Shown here one piece after another: positions 51,142-60,109 of a DNA stretch of 64,000 bases (the stretch's first letter is position 1; every line of letters begins with the position of its first letter). This stretch comes from Carcharhinus amblyrhynchos (Eukaryota): contig OZ336883.1 of assembly GCA_965287045.1 (NCBI GenBank), positions 41,354,001 to 41,418,000 of the forward strand, written 5' to 3'. Position numbers and translations under genes: made by a program. The notes below the pieces were generated by a model. That model was not told the DNA's origin. It saw only the letters and a program-made list of their open reading frames with translations, and ran no database searches.

Positions 51142-53856
51142 CACCCAGATCCCTTTGCCTGTCAATACCCTTAAGGATTCTGCCATTTACTATATATTTC
51201 CTATCTCTTTTAGACCTTCCAAAATGCAATATCTCACAGTTGTCCAGATTAAACTCCATCTGCCATCTCTCCACCCAAGTCTCCAACTAATCTGTATCCT
51301 GCTGTATCCTCTGGTGGACCTCATCGCTATCCGCAAATCCACCAACCTTTGTGTCGTCCACAAACTTACTAATCAATTCAGTTACATTTTCCTCCAAATA
51401 ATTTTACAATATTACAAACAGCAAAGGTGCCAGCACTGATCCCTGGAACACCACTTGTCACAGCCCTCCATTCAGAAACACATCCTTCCACTGCTACTCT
51501 CTGTCTTCTTTGACCAAGCCAGTTTTGTATCCAGCTTGCTAGCTCACCTCTGATCCCATGAATTTCACCTTCTGCACCCGTCTGCCATGAGGGACCTTGT
51601 CAAAGCCCTTACTAAAATCCATGTAGACAACATCCACTGCCTTACATCAATCAGCTTTGTCGCTTCCTTGAAAAACTCGGTCAAGTTTGTGAGACGTGAC
51701 CTCCCCTTCACAAAACCATGTTGCCTCTCAATATGTCCACTTATTTCCAAGTGGGAATAAATCCTTTCTCACAGAATCCTCTCCAATAATTTCCCTACCA
51801 CTGATGTAAGGCTCACCGGCCTGTAATTACCTGGATTATTCTTGCTACCTTTCTTAAACAAAGAAACAACATTGGCTATTCTCCAATCCTCTGGGACCTC
51901 CCCTGTAGCCAGTGAGGATACAAAGATTTCTCTCAAGGCCCCAGCAATTTCCTCCCTTGGCTCTCTCGGTATTCTTGGGTATATCCCATCAGGCCCTGGG
52001 GACTTTTCTACCTTAATGTTTCTCAAGAACCCCAATACCACCTCCTTTTTGATCTCAAGACCCAAACTATCAACACTTCCTTTCCCAGATTCATCATTCA
52101 CCAAGTCTTTCTCTTTGGTGAATACTGACGCAAAGTACTCATTTAATACCTTGCCTGTTTCTTCTGGCTCATAAGAACATAAGAAATAGGAGCAGGAGTA
52201 GGCCATCTAGCCCTTCGAGCCTGCCCCGCCATTCAATAAGATCATGGCTGATCTGTCGTGGCTCAGTTCCACTTTCCCGCCCTCTCCCCATAACCCTTAA
52301 TCCCCTCTCTTATCAAGAACCCATCAACCCGCTTCTTAAAAATATTTAGCGAGGCAGCCTCCACTACTTCAACGGGCAGAGAATTCCAGAGATTCACCAC
52401 CCTTTGAGTGAAGAAGTTCCTCCTCAACTCCGTTCTAAGCCGCCTCCCCTTTATCTTGAGGCTGTGCCCCCTAGTCCTACTGTGTTTTTTGAGCGCGAAG
52501 AGTCTCTCCACCTCTATCCTATCCATCCCATTCATCATCTTATACGTCTCAATGAGATCTCCCCTCATTTTTCTAAACTCTAACGAGTACAAGCCTAATC
52601 TATTCAGCCTCTCCTCATAGCTCAACCCCCTCAACTCCGGTATCAGCCTAGTAAACCTCCTCTGCACTCCCTCCAAGGCCAAAATATCCTTGCGCAGGTG
52701 CGGCGCCCAAAACTGCACACAGTACTCCAGCTGCGGCCTCACCAATGCCCTATACAACCGCAGCAAGACCTCCCTACTTTTATATTCAATCCCCCTCGCT
52801 ATGAAGGCCAGCATCCCATTCGCCTTCCTGACCACCTGCTGCACCTGTAGGCTAGGTTTTTGCGACTCATGCACAAGGACCCCGAGGTCCCTCTGCACCG
52901 TCGCCTGCTGCAGTTTTTCGCCCCGTAAGTAATAGTCCTTCCTACCATTCTTCCTACCAAAGTGGACCACCTCACACTTGCCAACATTAAATTCCATTTG
53001 CCATTTCCTGGCCCATTCGCCCAGCCTATCTAGATCCTTCTGCAGACTCTCCATACCCTCCGCACAATTTGCCTTTCCCCCAATCTTGGTGTCATCAGCA
53101 AATTTCGACACCCTACACTCGGTTCCCTCCTCCAGATCATCTATATAAATGGTAAATAGCTGAGGCCCCAGCACCGACCCCTGGGGCACCCCACTAGTCA
53201 CCAACCGCCAATCCGAATAGCACCCATTGACCCCCACTCTCTGCCTCCTATTTGACAACCAATCCTCTATCCACGCTAACACCCTACCCCCAACTCCATG
53301 TCCCCTGACCTTCTGCAATAACCTCTTGTGAGGTACAAAGAAACAAAGAACAACCCAGCACGGGAAACAGGCCCTTCGGCCCAACAAGCCCGCGCCGCCG
53401 CATCACCCTACACCTATTCTACCCTGCGTATCTACAAATAGAACCCCTGACTTAGCCAGATTCAGGGGAGAATAGTGTCAATTTGGTAAAACCAATCAGC
53501 CTAAGAGCACATCTTTGGGGCGTGGGAGGAAACCGGAGCGCCCGGAGGAAACCCACGCAACCACAGGGAGAATGCACAAACTCCCACAGACACAGGCCCA
53601 AATCCATGTACCTGCACAGCTAGCAGTGCTAGTCACCGAGCTGTTGCGGCGCCCGTCTACCGGTCCAGGATCAAGCACACACACCGACACGAAGTACTAG
53701 GCCACTCCCGGAACCTCCAGGAGCAGCCCACGCACGACCCACCGTGTGCATGCCCCTCGTTTGACAACGAGGTGGACCTCCACCTGCGGAGTGAAAAGAC
53801 AAAAACGTTAATCACAAGCCTGCCTTTCCGGTGTCTCCCGAGGTTCTAACCCTTAT

Positions 53857-56760
53857 TCAATAACCCCTACCATAACCCTCCATCCTCGTTTCACTCATGT
53901 GACTATCTAACTGAACCTTAAACGAGTCCAACGTTCCCGCCTCCACCACCCCACTCGGTAGCGCGTTCCATACCCCCACTACTCTCTGCGTAAAGAACCT
54001 TCCTCTCATATCCAAATTATACCTCTCCTCCCTCACCCTTAAATCATGTCCTCTTGTATTCGTAACCAATCTAGGGAGCAGTCTCTCACTATTGACCCTG
54101 TCTATTCCCTTCAGTATCTTATATACCTCTATCATGTCACCCCTCAATCTCCGTCTTTCCAAAGAGAACAGTCCCAGTTTCTCCAACCTTTCCTCGTAAC
54201 CCAACCCCTCCATGCCAGGCAACATCCTGGTAAACCTCCTCTGCACCCTTTCCAGAGCCTCCACGTCCTTCCGGTAGTAAGGTGACCAGAACTGGACGCA
54301 GTACTCCAAATGCGGTCTAACCAACGTTCTATACAACTGAAGCATTAGACGGCAGCTTTTAAACTCTATACCTCTTCCTATAAAGGCTAGCATTCCATAA
54401 GCCTTCCTGACAACATTCTCCACTTGTGTCACAACCTTCATGGATTTGTGAACCTGCACTCCCAGGTCCCTCTGTGTTTCTATACTCCTAATTTGCCTAC
54501 CTTTAATCACATAGCTCCTCTCTACATTATTCCTTCCAAAATGCATCACCTCGCATTTGTCAGGATTAAATTCCATCTGCCACCTATCTGCCCAATGCAC
54601 CAACCTATCTATATCCTGTTGTATCACCTGACAATCCACTTCGGTACCCGCCAACCCTGCCATCTTGGTGTCATCAGCAAACTTGCTGATCACACCACCT
54701 ACGCTATCTTCCAAGTCATTTATGTAGACTACAAAGAGGAGAGGTCCCAGTACCGAGCCCTGCGGCACACCACTGGTCACTGGCCTCCAGCTGGACAAAG
54801 TCCCCTCCACAACTACCCTCTGTCTCCTATTGCCCAGCCAGTTCTCAATCCACCTAGCTACCTGACCCCGTATCCCATGCGCCTTAACCTTTTCTACCAG
54901 CCTACCGTGAGGGACTTTGTCAAACGCCTTACTGAAATCCATATAGATGACATCAACGGCTCTCCCATCGTCAACCATTTTTGTCACCTCCTCAAAGAAT
55001 TCCACCAGATTCGTAAGGCAAGACCTCCCTCTAACAAAGCCATGTTGCGTATCCCCAATCAGACCGCAACGCTCCAAATGCTCATACATCCTACCCCTAA
55101 GTACTTTTTCCATTAATTTCCCTACCACCGATGTCAAACTCACCGGCCTATAATTCCCAGGGTTATCCCTACTACCTTTTTTGAACAGCGGTACCACATT
55201 TGCCACCCTCCAGTCTTCTGGGACCTCACCTGTGTCCAAAGAAGAGACAAAGATTTGCGCCAGAGGCCCAGCAATTTCATCTTTCACCTCCCGAAGCAGC
55301 CTGGGATAAATACCATCAGGCCCCGGAGCTTTATCCGTCCTTACGCTACCTAAAAGCCCTAGCACTTCCTCCCTCGTAATAGATATTTCCTGCAGCTGAT
55401 CCTCAGCTCCCTCTAACAGACCGCACGATTCCGAACCCCTCTCCTTCGTGAATACCGACGCAAAGTATTCATTCAGGAGCTCCCCCATTCCCTCCGACTC
55501 AATGCATAACTCCCCGCTTTTGTCCCTAAGAGGACCAATTTTCCCTCTAACTACTCTCTTGCTCCTAATATAGGAATAAAATGCCTTTGGATTCTCCTTA
55601 ATCCTACCAGCCAAAGCCATTTCATGCCCTCTCTTCTCCCTTCTAATTCCCCTTTTTAGCTCCCTCCTACTCTCTCTATATTCCTCCAGCGCACTCTCCG
55701 TACCCAGTCGTTTCGACCTAACATACGCCTCCCTCTTCTTCCTGACCAAGTCTTCGATACCCCCTGTAATCCACGGCTCTCTAATCCTACCTTTCCCATC
55801 CTTCCTCTTAACCGGAACATACATCCCCTGCAACCATTTCATTTTGCCTTTAAAAGCCTCCCACTTGCCAACCGTGGACTTGCCAGCTAACAGACCCTCC
55901 CAATCAGTGTCCTGCAGCTCCCTCCTAATCCTGCTATAGCTCGCCTTTCCCCAGTTCAGCATACTCCCGTTCGGCCGGCACACGTCCCTTTCCATTTTTA
56001 TCCTAAAGTAGACGGACTTGTGGTCACTATTAGCCACATGTTCGCCTACCTCTACCTCTCCCACCTGCCCCGGCTCATTACCCAACACTAAATCCAGTAT
56101 AGCCTCTCCCCTAGTCGGACTAGTTACATACTGCTCTAGAGACCCTTCCAAAACACATTTCACAAACTCCTCTCCCTCCGTACCCCCAGCTCTAGGCCCC
56201 CTCCAATTCACTCCAGGAAGATTAAAGTCACCCACTACAACCACCCTATTCTTCCTGCACCTATCCAAAATGCCCCTGCAAATACCTTCCTCCACTGACC
56301 TCGGGCTGTTGGGTGGCCTATAGTACACCCCTAGCAATGTAATATCTCCCTTTTTATTCCTCAACTCCACCCACAGCGACTCAATCCCTATCTCTTCCAT
56401 ATTGTCCTCCCTCTGCACTACTGTGATGTTTTCCTTTACCAACAGTGCCACCCCTCCACCTCTCTTCAACCCTCTTCTGTCACACCTAAAACACTTGTAC
56501 CCAGGAACATTCAGCTGCCAGTCCTGCCCTTCCCTTAACCACGTCTCTGTTACAGCCACCACATCTAACTGCCTGACACACATCAAGGCCCTAAGCTCAT
56601 CCGTTTTCCCTGTCACACTCCTAGCATTGAAACAGACACAGTTCAACCCACAAGTGTCCCTCGGAACCTCCTTCTCCCTGATACTTTTCCTTTCACCCGA
56701 CTCTCTCCCAGCCACCTCCCCACCCCCCCTCCATATTAGTTTAAACCCTTCGTAAACACC
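53857..56760 (-). CDS. CR1 ORF2p: APE endonuclease + reverse transcriptase. Frame opens at 56760 and overlaps the ORF1 end in the -1 frame; no ATG until 56583
   Basis: FNARS, TETW, YRPP, GDFN, LDLV and SDH (APE); PGPDG, YRPVSLTS, QHGF, DFSKAFD, GVPQGSVLGP, FADD and DLGV (RT). No stops over >950 codons. Confidence 0.95.
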   Translation of the reverse strand, partial: GVYEGFKLIWRGGGEVAGRESGERKSIREKEVPRDTCGLNCVCFNARSVTGKTDELRALMCVRQLDVVAVTETWLREGQDWQLNVPGYKCFRCDRRGLKRGGGVALLVKENITVVQREDNMEEIGIESLWVELRNKKGDITLLGVYYRPPNSPRSVEEGICRGILDRCRKNRVVVVGDFNLPGVNWRGPRAGGTEGEEFVKCVLEGSLEQYVTSPTRGEAILDLVLGNEPGQVGEVEVGEHVANSDHKSVYFRIKMERDVCRPNGSMLNWGKASYSRIRRELQDTDWEGLLAGKSTVGKWEAFKGKMKWLQGMYVPVKRKDGKGRIREPWITGGIEDLVRKKREAYVRSKRLGTESALEEYRESRRELKRGIRREKRGHEMALAGRIKENPKAFYSYIRSKRVVRGKIGPLRDKSGELCIESEGMGELLNEYFASVFTKERGSESCGLLEGAEDQLQEISITREEVLGLLGSVRTDKAPGPDGIYPRLLREVKDEIAGPLAQIFVSSLDTGEVPEDWRVANVVPLFKKGSRDNPGNYRPVSLTSVVGKLMEKVLRGRMYEHLERCGLIGDTQHGFVRGRSCLTNLVEFFEEVTKMVDDGRAVDVIYMDFSKAFDKVPHGRLVEKVKAHGIRGQVARWIENWLGNRRQRVVVEGTLSSWRPVTSGVPQGSVLGPLLFVVYINDLEDSVGGVISKFADDTKMAGLAGTEVDCQVIQQDIDRLVHWADRWQMEFNPDKCEVMHFGRNNVERSYVIKGRQIRSIETQRDLGVQVHKSMKVVTQVENVVRKAYGMLAFIGRGIEFKSCRLMLQLYRTLVRPHLEYCVQFWSPYYRKDVEALERVQRRFTRMLPGMEGLGYEERLEKLGLFSLERRRLRGDMIEVYKILKGIDRVNSERLLPRLVTNTRGHDLRVREERYNLDMRGRFFTQRVVGVWNALPSGVVEAGTLDSFKVQLDSHMSETRMEGYGRGY
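56696..56748 (-). promoter_or_regulatory. Candidate -1 ribosomal frameshift signal: G_GGU_UUA_AAC slippery site, 6-nt spacer, G-rich tract
   Basis: Minus strand reads GGGTTTAAAC TAATAT GGAGGGGGGGTGGGGAGGTGGCTGGGAGAGAGTCGGG. Confidence 0.6.
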
Positions 56761-57629
56761 CTAGCTAACCTCCCTGCTAAGACATTAGTTCCCCTCCCGT
56801 TCAAATTCTCCCCACCCTTCCTGTACAATTGCCCTTCTCTCCTAAACACCTCCCAGTGATCCACAAAAGTAAAGCCCTCTACCCTACACCAATCCCTCAA
56901 CCATGCATTCAGCTGCATGATCTCTTCATTCTTTGCCCTGCTTGTACCGGGCAGCAACCCAGAGAGTGCCACCCTGGAGGTCCTACTCTTTAGTTTGGCC
57001 CCCAGCTCCCTAAATTGCCTACGTACCTCTACCCTACTGCTCCTTCCTATGTCCCCCTCCCCTACATGTACTATGACCTCAGCCTGTGCCCCCTCCCCTT
57101 TCAAAATTCCTTCTACCCTGTCCATTACGTCCTTTACCCCTGCTCCAGGGAGGCAGACCACCATCCTGGAGTCACGCCTCTGTCCACAGAACCTCCTATC
57201 GATACCTCTGACCCTCCCGTCCCCTACCACTATCACCTTACCGGCCCCCTTCTGTCCCTCTAAGTTAGTCTCCCCCTCCTGCCTATCTTTCTGTGCCCCT
57301 GTCAACGAACCTTGGGGGGCCTCTGGGGAGGCTGGGGGACCCTGACTGCTCTTCTTCTTCCTCTTTCCCCTCCTCACAGTCGTCCATCCTCCCTTCTCTT
57401 CAGCCCTCGAGACCTCCTCCTTCTCATGGTTCCCAGCCATTATCTCCTCGTTCTCCCTGACTAGAAATGCATCTTCCAGTCGCCCCTCGAGTTGCCTGAC
57501 CCGGGCCCTCAAGCGCTGCAGTTCCAAACATTTACTGCAGATGTGGACCTTGGGGACACGTGACACCACCATGAACTCCCACATGTGGCACCTGACACAA
57601 CTTACATTCCTCCCTATATTCCCTGCCAT
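56736..57629 (-). CDS. CR1 ORF1p (297 aa from first ATG): CxxC...CxxC zinc finger, coiled coil, basic linker, SGNH-fold esterase-like domain with substituted catalytic residues
   Basis: CVRC..CSKC, LQRLRARVRQLEGRL, VIVVGDG, VVCLPGA, IVHVGEGD, LNAWLRDWC, C-terminal GLN*. Confidence 0.9.
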   Translation of the reverse strand: MAGNIGRNVSCVRCHMWEFMVVSRVPKVHICSKCLELQRLRARVRQLEGRLEDAFLVRENEEIMAGNHEKEEVSRAEEKGGWTTVRRGKRKKKSSQGPPASPEAPQGSLTGAQKDRQEGETNLEGQKGAGKVIVVGDGRVRGIDRRFCGQRRDSRMVVCLPGAGVKDVMDRVEGILKGEGAQAEVIVHVGEGDIGRSSRVEVRRQFRELGAKLKSRTSRVALSGLLPGTSRAKNEEIMQLNAWLRDWCRVEGFTFVDHWEVFRREGQLYRKGGENLNGRGTNVLAGRLARVFTKGLN

Positions 57630-60109
57630 GTCCCAACCTCCTGTAAGCTCCCAAAGGTAGAAATCTGTCACTCACCTTCTCTAAGCCTGCTCTCTCCTAA
57701 GCCCAGCGAGCCAAAGCCCTCCTCACTCTGTTCCCACTCACTCCGCTGCCCGCTCCCGACGCTGCCCGCTCTATGCTGCTACCCCTATTTTTACCTTGTC
57801 AAACGCCTTCTGAAAATCCAGAAAGACGACATCCACCGGCCCTCCTCTATCCACTGCCCGAGACACATCCTCATAGAACTCCAGTAAATTTGTCAGACAC
57901 GACTTCCCTTTAATGAAACCACCCACGCATAGATTCCCTCCTTTATCCTTGAGTGGGCCAACCCACTCCCTGGCTACCCTCTTGCTCTTTATATATGTAT
58001 AAAATTCCTTAGGATTTTCCTTAATCCTGCTTTTTCACAACCTTTTTTTAGCCCTTCTTCTTGTTTAAGTTTCTACTTTCCTTGTTTTCCACACTTAATT
58101 TGTATGTTCACAGCCTCCTAACTTTGACAAATGATTTCTTTTTCTCTTTGACTAGGCTCACAATATCTCTTGTTATCCAAAGTTCCCAAAACTTGCCATA
58201 CTTATCCTTCATCCTTACAGGAATGTGCTGGTCCTGAATCCCTGTCAACTTACACTTGAAAGCTTCCCACATGCCAGATGTTGATTTGCCCTCAAACATC
58301 TGCTCCCAACCTACATTCTTCAAATCCTGCCTAACACTGTTGGAATTAGCTTCCCCCAGTTGAGCACCTTAACTTGAGGACTACACTTATCTTTATCCAT
58401 CAGTACCTTAAAGCTTACTGAATTGTGGTAACTGTTCCCGAACTGCTCCCCTACTGAAACATTGACCACCTGGCTGGGCTCATTCCTCAATGTCTACATA
58501 CTGTTTCAGGAAGCCCTTCTGGATGCTCCTTACAAATTTTGTGTGCAACCTTCCTAATCTAACTCTACCATCAAATGCCTCTATTCCTTCTCTCTCATAT
58601 GCTTATATAGCTTTCCCTTAATCTGTCTTTGACTTAACTACTCCTTCTAAGTTGCACTTTGGGTCACTTTCTTTTAAATTCTTTGCTTGATTTCTTGGTG
58701 ACTATCTTATTTTTGTAGCCTCTACTTTTGCTGTTTCCTACTAGTGGAAATTTTCTTCCTGTCCACTACATCAGAACATTTCATAATTTTAAATATCTTT
58801 GTTAGGTCACTCCTCAGCCTTCTCTTTTTCACAAGGTAATATACACATCCTCTCTATCCTTTTCTGATCTCATTGCCTCATTGTTCTGGTTTTATCTTTG
58901 TAAATCCTTTCAGCATCCTTTCCAGTGTTTCTCTATTTTTATAAGATGATGAGTGAATTGTACAGCTTCCTTCCTTTGCTTATTTCTCAATCCCTTAATC
59001 TAATTTATTAAGGAAATATTGTTATGTCACACTTCCAGCAATTTAGATGTGTATGTGTGTGTGTCTTTCATCCCTCTGGCCTTAAAAGAAATACAATAAT
59101 CTCTAACCCGACAAAAGAGTGAACTGCTTTTTGCCTCTGGTACTTTCCAGCCAGGTACAAGATAATCCTAATCCAATCTTTACATTGCTGGAGCAAAGTG
59201 CCTCCTTTAAACCTGCTTTTCCCATTTGGCCTGGGCAAGCTAAATGCTTTACAAATACTAATGTTGAGTTTTGCTCAAAAAAGAGATATCAAGAATGCTC
59301 AGCTTCTGTGCTGCCAAGAGACTGTTTGAATGTTAATTTTATTTAAACTGCTTCACACATGAATCTTGAAAAGATATCTGTGTGGTGTGATGAAACAAAG
59401 CTATCAGCAATTTTAAAAGACCATTTTTCTCATACCCATTGAATATTTGCATTTTTGTTGCAAGGTCGACCTTCTTGACCTTTTAATTCAGTGCTAATCT
59501 GCATGGTTTTGTTCATGTGTTATCTTCTCCATCATCACGTTTAGTTATAAATGTTTTTATAATTGATCCTTTAATACACTGCTGTTTTAATATTTCTATA
59601 ATCTTTCATTTACCATAATAGTATTCAAATCTGCTTACATATCATTCAGCAGCTCCATTGGTACTTTTTGGTAAACTTTTGTGTATTTTGTGAGTGTGAT
59701 CTAAAATGCCCTCCTAGCACTGTGGAATTGTTTTCTGTGCTGGAAGTTGCCCTTTTGTTAACTTTTGTTAGTCGCTCAAAACTTTCTGGATTATGACTTA
59801 TTTTTGCTTAGCAGGTTCTTTAGAAATATGTGCTGGAGAGTATTCTATACTTGGCCCACTAATCTATTTCACAGTTTATAAGTTTTAGTAATTTCTTTCC
59901 TTCGTTGCAGCAGGGAATGTGCATGTTATGGTAGCTGGTACAAAAGTTTAAGTATTTATTAACTTAATCCATTATTTTTCAAACAATAGATGAGATTTTT
60001 CACAGTTCATAGAATCACAGAATCCCAACACTGCAGAAAGAGGCCATCGAGACTGCATTGATTTTCCGACAGAGGATCTTACCTAGACACTATCCCCATA
60101 TCTCCACAT

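Larger units (their letters stand above)
53337..57791 (-). mobile_element. Full-length, apparently intact CR1-clade LINE (~4.45 kb): 5' UTR, ORF1, ORF2, 520-nt 3' UTR, (TCTTTGTT)-type tail; 3-bp TSD/microhomology TAC
   Basis: Two uninterrupted ORFs and retained CpGs. Flanked by tac at 53334-53336 and 57792-57794 within the host CR1. Confidence 0.95.
52171..57921 (-). mobile_element. Middle, young 5'-truncated CR1 (52171-53336 + 57792-57921), split by the full-length element
   Basis: The halves rejoin as ...VVFLDFQKAFDKV|PHKRLLQKVRGHG... The RT frame is stop-free to 52263, and there is an (ataagaac) tail. Confidence 0.92.
51143..58530 (-). mobile_element. Outer, older CR1/HER1 LINE (51143-52170 + ~57924-58530), split by nested insertions
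   Basis: The halves rejoin as KSKRVAREWVGPLKDKGGNLCV|EPEETGKVLNEYFASVFTKE. ORFs 51565-52206 and 58108-58323. Confidence 0.85.

Noticed and set aside
52263-53387. 374-aa ORF as an independent gene
   Set aside because: It is chimeric: the first ~17 codons come from the 3' tail of the inserted element and the rest is the RT C-terminus of the interrupted CR1.
53424-53611. Second possible intron in the LINE 3' UTR (CAG|GTACAT ... TTTGTAGATACGCAG|G) that would remove the V domain
   Set aside because: The donor and pyrimidine tract are weak, so it is not supportable without transcript data.
54046-57345. Several + strand ORFs (up to 230 aa) antisense to the intact LINE
   Set aside because: These are shadow ORFs caused by the codon bias of ORF1/ORF2. 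They show no motifs, and similar shadows occur on every CR1 copy.
59914-59950. Good acceptor followed by GNVHVM, resembling the expected GNVRLL exon start
   Set aside because: In-frame stop after ~12 codons and only a weak donor; probably chance.
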